DNA from: Bradymonadia bacterium
Lineage (GTDB): Bacteria; Myxococcota_A; Bradymonadia; UBA7976; UBA1532
Length of the DNA: 64,000 nucleotides
Assembly: GCA_046290225.1 (NCBI GenBank)
Contig: JBKAGE010000045.1
Coordinates: forward strand, 1-64,000
Reading direction: 5' to 3'
Below are positions 56,611 to 64,000 of this stretch, in pieces. The notes beneath the pieces were generated by a model. That model had not been told where the DNA came from. It saw nothing but the letters and a program-made list of their open reading frames with translations, and searched no databases. Each line of letters begins with the position of its first letter. Positions within the stretch are counted from its first letter, which is position 1. The translations under genes and the position numbers were made by a program.

Positions 56611-56934
56611 TCAGTAGACCCGGCAACGACCAGAGATGAGTGCGCGGTCCTCTTCGAGGCCGAAGATGGTGTCGAAGACGACATGCAGGGTGCCGACATG
56701 CTCACCGCATTCGAAGCACACCGCGTTGGGATCTTGCGCATCCCGATCAGTGATCGTCTTGGGGCCCTGGCCCTGGATGCGGGGCGTCTCCGATCCACAG
56801 CAAGGGCACCTCTCCGGCTGCAGGTGGTTCACCGGGCGGTCTGAGCGACGCCCGAGGTAGACGAACTTGGCGCCCTCGTTGGGCAGGGTGCAGTGGAAGG
56901 TGTGACCGTCAGTGGTGATGAGGGTGATGTTCAT
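56611..56934 (-). CDS. small Zn-finger protein (leader cassette A)
   Basis: CPCC..CFEC; ends TIFGLEEDRALISGRCRVY; repeated leader. Confidence 0.75.
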   Translation of the reverse strand: MNITLITTDGHTFHCTLPNEGAKFVYLGRRSDRPVNHLQPERCPCCGSETPRIQGQGPKTITDRDAQDPNAVCFECGEHVGTLHVVFDTIFGLEEDRALISGRCRVY

Positions 56935-56976
56935 GGTGTGTCTCCGAAGGGAGTGTCCGAGGTCCGCTCGGTCGGG
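56931..56976 (-). repeat. 46-nt structured leader, copy A
   Basis: CCCGACCGAGCGGACCTCGGACACTCCCTTCGGAGACACACCATGA. Confidence 0.9.
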
Positions 56977-57124
56977 TTGTTGACCATCGCCAACTGATAA
57001 AGACTCTATCACCGACCTCCCTCTGTGGCAACCCTAAACAAAAACAAGTTTGTGTTGTTTTGGTGTTGACTCGAAGGAGGGGCTTCGGTATAACCATAAT
57101 CACTGAGCGACACAGAGTTGCTCA

Positions 57125-57170
57125 CCCGGCCGAGCGGACCTCGGACACTCCCTTCGGAGACACACCATGA
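57125..57170 (+). repeat. 46-nt structured leader, copy B
   Basis: 1 mismatch to copy A. Confidence 0.9.
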
Positions 57171-57400
57171 ACGCCATCAACACCAACTCCACCCTCAAGC
57201 CCACCACCAACGGCGCCATCTTCTCGGTGGCCCACTTCCACGCTCGCAACCGTGAGGGTGGCACCTACCGTGCCGCCTTCGCAGCCACCCTTCGGGCCAT
57301 CACCACCATCCTGAAGACCTTCGAGGCTCGCTTCGACTGCGAGCCCGAGGACTGCGAGTGGAGCGAACTCTGCTACTTCCTCAACACCGCCCTCGACTGA
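57167..57400 (+). CDS. small hypothetical protein (leader cassette B)
   Basis: TTGACT-17-TATAAC promoter, leader, GC hairpin terminator after stop. Confidence 0.75.
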   Translation: MNAINTNSTLKPTTNGAIFSVAHFHARNREGGTYRAAFAATLRAITTILKTFEARFDCEPEDCEWSELCYFLNTALD

Positions 57401-57529
57401 GGGCAACGGGGGGCGCAAGCCCCCCTGTTTCGGCCTGCTACCACGCGATGTGAGACCGGTGACCCCTTCGTCAAGAGGGTCACCATCCGACCGGGAGGAC
57501 CCCGGAAGTCCCCATGTGGAGATGCACCC

Positions 57530-58075
57530 ATGATCATTACCCCCTTCATGACGGCCTCTGAGGTCCAAGCATCGGCCGAGAGCCAGGCAACCTATGCCCA
57601 GGTCCAGGCTGAGCCACTGAGGGCGCTGTATGCGTCCCTGTGGGCCGATCCCCATCGAACCGCTGGCGTCTATGCGAGGGCGTGCGGGCTTGGCGAGATC
57701 GATGCGCTACGTCGGCTGAACCAGCTTCAACGCCTCGGGCTTGTGGAGTCGAGCCCCGTCGAGTGGATCGGAGATCGCGTCATCAGCTGGAGCCCTTGTG
57801 GCTTCCGCCCTGGCGCCGTGGGCTTCAGTCTCAGTGATCAGACCATCCGCTGGACCGGGATGCATGGCAGCCGCACCATCTCATGGGCCGAGCACGACAA
57901 GCTCATCGATGTCTTTGGCGCCACGTCCTGGCATGTAGAGGCCTGGACCCCGCTCCACTGGGCACGGCTGATGGCCCACCCCATGGGCTCCACCTGGGCC
58001 CTGCGCTCCCTCCTGTGGACAGGGCTGTGTCACGACGTGGCGCTGCTTCCCGTCGCCGAGCGGGGAGTCTCATGA
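57530..58075 (+). CDS. hypothetical protein with possible winged-HTH
   Basis: TAGVYARACGLGEIDALRRLNQLQRLGLVE. Confidence 0.55.
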   Translation: MIITPFMTASEVQASAESQATYAQVQAEPLRALYASLWADPHRTAGVYARACGLGEIDALRRLNQLQRLGLVESSPVEWIGDRVISWSPCGFRPGAVGFSLSDQTIRWTGMHGSRTISWAEHDKLIDVFGATSWHVEAWTPLHWARLMAHPMGSTWALRSLLWTGLCHDVALLPVAERGVS

Positions 58076-58290
58076 GCCACGTGTGTCAGCCCTGGAATGT
58101 GGCCTGGTTGACCTACGGTGGACCGGTCTTCGCCGTGTTGAGCGGTGGGGAAATTATCAGCGGAGAGGCGACGGACCGCCGTCTGGGACCAGGTGTTCCG
58201 CTGATCCGGGTAAGCCAGCCGGAGTCAGGTCGTGAGGTGTGGCTGCACCCTCGATATGTCTGGCCACGCTGGAAGCCGCCAGAGTCCTGA
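58072..58290 (+). CDS. small hypothetical protein
   Basis: ATGA overlap with upstream gene. Confidence 0.5.
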   Translation: MSHVCQPWNVAWLTYGGPVFAVLSGGEIISGEATDRRLGPGVPLIRVSQPESGREVWLHPRYVWPRWKPPES

Positions 58291-58396
58291 TGAATGCCCG
58301 AGGGGCACCAAAGGCCATACCCCGGGGCGGATGCCCCCTTTCCTTGAGCTGGGCGATATGATGTTTGACCCTCATGGGCCACGAGATGGAGATCTG

Positions 58397-59224
58397 ATGA
58401 GCGAAACTTACACCACCGTTGCCGGCGAGAAGATCACCTACGACGCTCCGGAAGCTCCGATCATGAGCTTCCTGCTTGAGGTCATGCACACGGCTGCAGA
58501 TCCGAAGGTAAGCACCATGGCCCTGTACGATCTCGTGCACGGGGTACGTAACCCGATCCTCCGCCAGGGGGTCGTGCCTGGGCGAGGCATCGTGACTGAT
58601 GAGGCCTACGACGATCCCGTCTACCGCATCATGCTCGATCAGATCGCCCTCAAGCGCATCGCACGGGGCGACGCCGACACCTCCACCGAGGGCGCCAAGA
58701 TCTTCAACCTCTCCGTCTCTGAGGCGGCCGAGATCATCGGCATCTCGCCGCAGGGCGTGCGCAACTCGCTGAGCCGTGGATCTTGGCCGTACGTCCGCAA
58801 GGACGGCCGCATGATGATGGCCATCGAAGATGCCGAGCGGTGGCGCGACAAGCATCAGAACCGAGGCGCCGGGGGCAGCAAGACCCCAGGCCAGGCCGAG
58901 GCGGCGCCGTCGGGGGCTCTTCAAGTCCGCCTCGGCAACGTCAAGGGGCTGTCGTTCTTCGTGAAGAATGCGGCACCAGACCTGGCGAACAAGCGAGCCG
59001 ATGGACGCCACGTGCATTGCGGCGAGATCCCCGAAGGCTGGCAGCGGATCGCAGTCAAGAGAGCTGAGGGCAAGAAGAGCACCATGTTCGTGCTCGAGCC
59101 CGGGCCGGAAGAGGCAGAGATCGAGTGGAAGGGGTTCTATGTCCGCGGGCGGTTCACCATCACACAGAAGATCAACAACGCCCGCGAGATCAGCGCGGCA
59201 TGGAAGGCGTTCGAGCCTGCTTGA
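58397..59224 (+). CDS. excisionase/MerR-type HTH DNA-binding protein
   Basis: LSVSEAAEIIGISPQGVRN..G..P..KDGR. Confidence 0.75.
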   Translation: MSETYTTVAGEKITYDAPEAPIMSFLLEVMHTAADPKVSTMALYDLVHGVRNPILRQGVVPGRGIVTDEAYDDPVYRIMLDQIALKRIARGDADTSTEGAKIFNLSVSEAAEIIGISPQGVRNSLSRGSWPYVRKDGRMMMAIEDAERWRDKHQNRGAGGSKTPGQAEAAPSGALQVRLGNVKGLSFFVKNAAPDLANKRADGRHVHCGEIPEGWQRIAVKRAEGKKSTMFVLEPGPEEAEIEWKGFYVRGRFTITQKINNAREISAAWKAFEPA

Positions 59225-59268
59225 GGGGGCCGATTTTCTAATTTTCGCAAACCGGCCTCGCCCTTACC

Positions 59269-59721
59269 TCAGGCCCCTTCCAGAGCCTCCCGCACCGCTT
59301 CTCGGATGGCCTCAACCCCACCTTGTTGCTCACGGATGTTCGCCATCCACATCTTGGTGAAGTCGCACTGCTCTTCCACCGCTATAGGGCGGAAGCGCAC
59401 AGGCCGATCGGCGCCATCGAGCTCAAGGGCCTCCTGGAAGTATGGGGGGATGGACCTCGAGAAGCTCACCGGCAGCCATGCATCAGTGGCTTCGATGTAG
59501 ATGAACTCCATGTCAGGATCTGAGCACATGTCGCCGTTTTGCAGGAAGTAGTGAGCCACCGAGAACCGGTGCTCAGTCAGGCGGTTCACATAAACCGCCA
59601 TGTATACGCCGTCACTGTTATCGAATTTGATGCCCTGGCCTTCTTTCAGCCCATCAGTAAGCGCCTTGAGGACGTCCGAGACCTGAGTGATGCCTTCGTC
59701 GCCAAAGAGGAAATTTGTCAT
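59269..59721 (-). CDS. DUF6908-like protein (leader cassette C)
   Basis: SVAHYFLQNGDMCSDPDMEF..WMANIREQ. Confidence 0.7.
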   Translation of the reverse strand: MTNFLFGDEGITQVSDVLKALTDGLKEGQGIKFDNSDGVYMAVYVNRLTEHRFSVAHYFLQNGDMCSDPDMEFIYIEATDAWLPVSFSRSIPPYFQEALELDGADRPVRFRPIAVEEQCDFTKMWMANIREQQGGVEAIREAVREALEGA

Positions 59722-59763
59722 GGTGTGTCTCCAAAGGGAGTGTCCGAGGTCCGCTCGGTCGGG
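59718..59763 (-). repeat. 46-nt structured leader, copy C
   Basis: 1 mismatch to copy A, in the hairpin loop. Confidence 0.9.
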
Positions 59764-59875
59764 TGAGAGGCTCAACGCCCATCAGTGAGTACATTTATAC
59801 TCGCTCTGTCTTGCCTTGTCAACACGGATTCAGCACAACGGTGTGTTGTTTTTGTTGTCTGGTGAGGTGGATCTG

Positions 59876-59907
59876 TTTCGTCAAAGATGTCTGAAGGGTG
59901 TGAGGCT
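59876..59907 (+). promoter_or_regulatory. shared late-promoter-like motif, copy 9
   Basis: TTTCGTC-N19-GAGGCT. Confidence 0.6.
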
Positions 59908-59934
59908 CTCCTGTGACTTGCACAGGAGGTCCGA

Positions 59935-60756
59935 ATGTCTGAACTGCTCGACGACATCAACGATATCCAAACGCTGTTCCTCGAGGGGGCTGGCGAGGAT
60001 TTCCCGCACCAAGATGAGATCCTGGCCCTGCTCTCACGTGTCGCCTTCGAGGTGCGTGATCTGGAGAGAGAGGCGGGCCTCCTTGCCCTCGACGAGGCCG
60101 AGCCCCCCACGCAGGCCGATGACATCGTCAAACAGGCAGGTGAGCAGGCGCTCGCCTGGGCCATTGGCCAGTGGGAGATCGACATCCGAGAGCCTCGGCG
60201 TGGTGATCTCAACGGCGCCGAGCACATCGATGGCTACATCCGCGGAGAGTCGGGTCTGAGCTGGCGCAGTGCAGATCGCAAACGCCTGGGGCAGGCCATC
60301 GCCTACACCCGCAACAATCAGTTCCATTGGTGTGGTGCGTTCGCCGCTGCAGCGTGGGGCAACACGAATTGGCCTGTGGAGCTGGAGTACCGCCAGGACG
60401 ACTTCGCTTCTGTGGATCGACTCTTCTCCTGGGGATGGGATCGGGAGGCGAAGAGGCCCAACCTGCGGCGGATCCCACTCGACGAGATGCGAGCGGGCGA
60501 CATCCTGGTGATGGGCAACCGGAAACGGAAGCGCCGGCCCTCGCGCTGGCCCGGTGCCCACATCGCGATTGTGGACCACATCGAGGGAGACAGCGTGCAC
60601 ACCGTCGAGGGCAATGCCATCGGGGTCTTCCCAGATAGCACTCAGGGCGAGGGCGTGGTGCGGTGCGTTCGCCCGATGCGCTACACCCCCGGGCTCACCG
60701 ACTACTATGCGATGTACGCCTACCGCCCTCTACTCGAAGATCTCGTACTGGGCTGA
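59935..60756 (+). CDS. CHAP-domain peptidoglycan hydrolase (endolysin candidate)
   Basis: WCGAFA, GDILV, HIAIV, TVEGN. Confidence 0.8.
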   Translation: MSELLDDINDIQTLFLEGAGEDFPHQDEILALLSRVAFEVRDLEREAGLLALDEAEPPTQADDIVKQAGEQALAWAIGQWEIDIREPRRGDLNGAEHIDGYIRGESGLSWRSADRKRLGQAIAYTRNNQFHWCGAFAAAAWGNTNWPVELEYRQDDFASVDRLFSWGWDREAKRPNLRRIPLDEMRAGDILVMGNRKRKRRPSRWPGAHIAIVDHIEGDSVHTVEGNAIGVFPDSTQGEGVVRCVRPMRYTPGLTDYYAMYAYRPLLEDLVLG

Positions 60757-60822
60757 TCTGCACCTCAGGCGAGGCCTGTCCGCGCGCCCCTCTGCGCCAC
60801 ATCACCAGCACAGGGCGATGTC

Positions 60823-62481
60823 TTACCGCCGGCGGCGACGCATGGCGCGAGCTGCCTCTCTCTGTGCCCTGCGCTGCTCTCGTTGTAGTTCGCGTGCCGC
60901 ATCGCGCTCCAGCCGGGCCAGATTCTTCTGGTCTCGCCGGCGCTGCTCGATGGGGTTCTGTGTCGGTGGGAGCTCTTTATCTCGAGGCCGATCGATGGGG
61001 GCAGCGCCCTCGGCCATGAGGGTGCCCAGATCCTCGAGGCCCTGGCTCAACGCGTCAACGCGGTCATCGTGGGCCGCGGTGGGAAAGTCGGCGTGCTCTT
61101 CTATGAAGGCCGGCACCCACGCTGCCTCTTCGGGGTGTGGCACGTAGACGTTGCCCGAGGCGACGTAGCCGAGGATCCCATCCGCACGCTGCACCTTGCC
61201 CCTGCCGGCCACCTTCACCGCCGTGAGGCCTGCCACCGGGGCCGGCGAGAGTTGGCACAGGGCGATGCCGTTGCCCGAGAACTCCATCAGGTGCTTGCGA
61301 GCGACCCTGGCGTGCATCGCGGCGAAGAGCTTCACCTCCGCAACCAGGGTTGGGAACTCCATCCGGGCGCGGCGCTCGTCGAGGACGAAGAAGTCGGGGC
61401 CGGTGGCTGCGATGGCGAGGCCCACGGTCCAGTCGGAGGTGTCTGAGTCGGTCTTGTTCGGATCCCACGACGTCAACCCAGCGTGGAACTCTTCGTCGTC
61501 GGGGCGCAGCACACAGATCGGGCCGTTGCTCGGATCCGTGTTCACCTTCGAGGGATCCCGCGTCCAGTACCGCCACCAGGTGCGTTTGAACTTCGCGCCG
61601 GCGTCGGAGACTGGATCCTGCTGCCTCTGGGCCCGAATGACCGCTGGTGACGTGCTCTTCGGCACCACCTGGGCGATGGCCTCTTCGTCGAAGCGCTCGG
61701 GGAAGAGCAGCTCACCCTCTTCGGTGCGCCAGTCCTCGAAGCCGATCGACGTCGAGCAGTGCAGGCGCTTCTCGTACCGCTCCGGCAGTGACAAGATCTC
61801 CCAATCATCTCCCTCGGAGTCTTTGAGGCTGCCCACCAGGTCTTTGGCGTGCAGGCGCTGCATGATGATGACGAAGGCGCTTCGCTTTGGATCTCGCACA
61901 CGGGTGCGGGCCTCAGTGTTGAACCAGCGCACGTGGTTCTGCAGCTCGACCGTGTAGATGCCGCTGGCCCTGAGGGGATCATCGATGACGAAGCGGTCGT
62001 AGTGAGCCCCGGTAACGCCCTTTTCGACGGATCCGGTCGCCATCTCCCCGCTCCGGCTGTTGGTGAAGCGCAGCTTGTTGTCTTCGCCGCGGGGGATCTC
62101 CCAGCCGGGTTCGAGATCTGACATGTACCAGGAGGAAGCCATCAAAGATCGGCGCCGGAGGCTCTCAGCCTTTGTTCGATCCTGCGCGTAGGCTGTGAAC
62201 ATCCACCGCTTCTCGGGGAGATGCAGCCACTCCCAGCATGGCCACGTCTGCTGGGTCAAAGTGGTCTTCGAGTAGCCCGGGGGGATGTTGATGATGAGGC
62301 GCGTGATGTCGCCGCGGGTGATGGCCTCGAGGTGCTCGCAGATGGCATCGTGGTGCCGACCCCATACCAGGGGCGTGCCCGGGTTGAGCAGTGGCCATGC
62401 CATATGGGAGAAGCTGCGCAGGTTGTCTATCGAGTCAGCCAATGCCGAGAGCCAGATCGCCTCATCCTCTGTAAACTTCAT
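60823..62481 (-). CDS. terL: terminase large subunit
   Basis: INIPPGYSKT, VIDDP, IIMQRLH..DL, QQDP, SWD, HDDRVDALSQ. Confidence 0.93.
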   Translation of the reverse strand: MKFTEDEAIWLSALADSIDNLRSFSHMAWPLLNPGTPLVWGRHHDAICEHLEAITRGDITRLIINIPPGYSKTTLTQQTWPCWEWLHLPEKRWMFTAYAQDRTKAESLRRRSLMASSWYMSDLEPGWEIPRGEDNKLRFTNSRSGEMATGSVEKGVTGAHYDRFVIDDPLRASGIYTVELQNHVRWFNTEARTRVRDPKRSAFVIIMQRLHAKDLVGSLKDSEGDDWEILSLPERYEKRLHCSTSIGFEDWRTEEGELLFPERFDEEAIAQVVPKSTSPAVIRAQRQQDPVSDAGAKFKRTWWRYWTRDPSKVNTDPSNGPICVLRPDDEEFHAGLTSWDPNKTDSDTSDWTVGLAIAATGPDFFVLDERRARMEFPTLVAEVKLFAAMHARVARKHLMEFSGNGIALCQLSPAPVAGLTAVKVAGRGKVQRADGILGYVASGNVYVPHPEEAAWVPAFIEEHADFPTAAHDDRVDALSQGLEDLGTLMAEGAAPIDRPRDKELPPTQNPIEQRRRDQKNLARLERDAARELQREQRRAQREAARAMRRRRR

Positions 62482-62942
62482 GCCTGGGCCTTCTCCGCCT
62501 CAAACTTCTCCTTCGCCATCTGACGGGCTGCTCGGAGCTGGTCCTGGTTATGGACTGATACAGCCACGTTGACTGCCATGGGTGGGTTGTTGGTGAGAAC
62601 ACCATCGAGCTGCAGCTTCCTCACCGCGATGGACTCCGCCGCTCGGATCGCCCGCACATCCCCCTGATCGACCTTCTCCATCAGAGCGTTCCACAGGTAC
62701 TCCAGCCGGCCTCTGTTCTTCGCGAGTCGCTCTTTGCGACCCTCAAGCCCATCAGCAACTGCATCTTGGGCCCACTGCTTTCGGATCTTCTCCACGTATC
62801 GCAAGGCCTGCCGGAGGCTGACGCCGTACTGGCTCACCGCCGCCCGGGCGACTGCGCGATCCCGTTGGCCCTGAAGCATCAAGCGCTCACAGAACTCCAG
62901 TCGCTCCTTGACCTCTGCTTTTGTCGCCTTCTTGTTTGACAC
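62478..62942 (-). CDS. terS: terminase small subunit (putative)
   Basis: HTH-like N-terminus, helical; ATGA overlap with terL. Confidence 0.7.
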   Translation of the reverse strand: MSNKKATKAEVKERLEFCERLMLQGQRDRAVARAAVSQYGVSLRQALRYVEKIRKQWAQDAVADGLEGRKERLAKNRGRLEYLWNALMEKVDQGDVRAIRAAESIAVRKLQLDGVLTNNPPMAVNVAVSVHNQDQLRAARQMAKEKFEAEKAQA

Positions 62943-62972
62943 GGCTCGCCTTGCTCCTGCGCGCGTGACAGA

Positions 62973-63293
62973 TCAGTCATTGCCCCAGCTCGGATCCCAC
63001 TTGCCGTCGGACACGTTGACCGCCCTCTCGTCCTTGAGCGTCTCCCGGATGCCGAACGGTTCGAGCCACTCGATGGCCCAGTCAAGCAGCTGGCTCACGA
63101 GGCACGGCTGCACGACCGTTGTTGTGCGCCTGTCTATCCGTCGAGTGCCCTGGCATACAGTGAGATGCGCCGCACCAACAGCATCGACATACATGTTGAA
63201 CGTGATGTTGCCGCACTTGATGCGTGCCCACCCTTGCCCTGATTCGATGTCTGGCATTCTCGGTACTCGCTCTCTGTGTGGATCCGCACTCAT
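62973..63293 (-). CDS. hypothetical protein
   Basis: 106-aa ORF in the same operon direction. Confidence 0.45.
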   Translation of the reverse strand: MSADPHRERVPRMPDIESGQGWARIKCGNITFNMYVDAVGAAHLTVCQGTRRIDRRTTTVVQPCLVSQLLDWAIEWLEPFGIRETLKDERAVNVSDGKWDPSWGND

Positions 63294-63349
63294 ATGGAGC
63301 GGTCATCGCACCACAGCTCGATGCATCGTGACTAAAGGGGTCGAGCGCT

Positions 63350-64000
63350 CTATCTGGCCTCGAGGGAGAGCAGGGCCAGGCTGACGTCGCCGAAGAGGGT
63401 GGGCTGCACGCTGAGCACCAGGAACTTGCGCTCTGTCCACCCGGCGGCAGCATCAGTCACAGCTACGACGTCGAGGGGGCGTGCAAGGAACCACGGTGTG
63501 GGTAGCCCCGAGTAGGCAACGGTATCTCGGATGCCGTTGAGTGTCCGGGCGTGCTGGGTCAGCAGCTGGAAGGCCGTGCCGTCGTCGGGGGCGTCGGGGG
63601 CCTCGAGTCGGCTCACCCCTGAGGGGCCATACCGAGTCAGGGCGCCCTGGCACCCACCGTGGTTCTCGGGCGTGAACTCTCGGATCTTTGTCATGCTCCC
63701 CTCGAAGCCGTCGAAAGCGTAGCTCAATGAGATCTCGGTGAGCACGTCGTCGATGCTCGTCTCTCCGATCTGAGAGCGATCGTGGACGTCTTGGCCGTAG
63801 GTGAGGGTGTGCTGGACTACAGCGTCGGGCCCGGGCAGCGCGGTGCAGTCCCAGCCCATGCGCCCGCCCTGCAGGCCCACACTCACCGGGAACTGACTCT
63901 GGATCCGACTGGCGATGGTGCGCAGTAGGGTGCCGCCGGTCTGGATGCGGTTGAAGACGAAGGCCACCCGGTAGCGGTTGAGCCCCGTCCGGGCATACCA
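63350..64000 (-). CDS. C-terminal part of a putative tail/baseplate-hub protein (runs off window)
   Basis: open frame to the window edge; beta-rich end LDVVAVTD..FLVLSV. Confidence 0.45.
   Translation of the reverse strand, partial: WYARTGLNRYRVAFVFNRIQTGGTLLRTIASRIQSQFPVSVGLQGGRMGWDCTALPGPDAVVQHTLTYGQDVHDRSQIGETSIDDVLTEISLSYAFDGFEGSMTKIREFTPENHGGCQGALTRYGPSGVSRLEAPDAPDDGTAFQLLTQHARTLNGIRDTVAYSGLPTPWFLARPLDVVAVTDAAAGWTERKFLVLSVQPTLFGDVSLALLSLEAR

Noticed and set aside
1..64000. tRNA, rRNA, reverse transcriptase/DGR, protelomerase, portal, tail sheath
   Set aside because: No supporting motifs seen in this window; portal and others may lie outside it.

Overview
This GC-rich 64-kb window is most of a temperate phage-plasmid. 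The host is probably a Gram-negative, Myxococcota-like bacterium, which is an inference. The plasmid side has a DnaA-domain-I/RepA_C fusion initiator, a type Ib ParA plus RHH partition pair flanked by strictly 10-bp-phased centromere-like arrays, a Cre-like tyrosine recombinase and an MqsRA toxin-antitoxin pair. The virion side has a T4-gp23-like capsid, a gp21-like protease/scaffold, terminase subunits, neck and tail tube genes, a tail chaperone with a -1 frameshift, a tape measure, an Asp-box tail protein, a CHAP lysin and a lysis-like membrane cluster. No portal or tail sheath is visible in the window. Structural genes are scattered on both strands, and nine transcription units share one promoter-like motif (TTTCGYC-N19-nAnnnT). 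Two of those units encode large glycosyltransferases. Cargo includes a Lamassu/ABC-3C system, a HEPN-like gene, a solo TnpB behind an Xre switch and a BlaI/M56-led CzcCBA cassette. The most striking non-coding signals are the shared late-promoter motif, a 46-nt structured leader repeated before three small genes, the 10-bp-periodic arrays and two sRNA candidates. All family assignments come from motif recognition by eye, not database searches.
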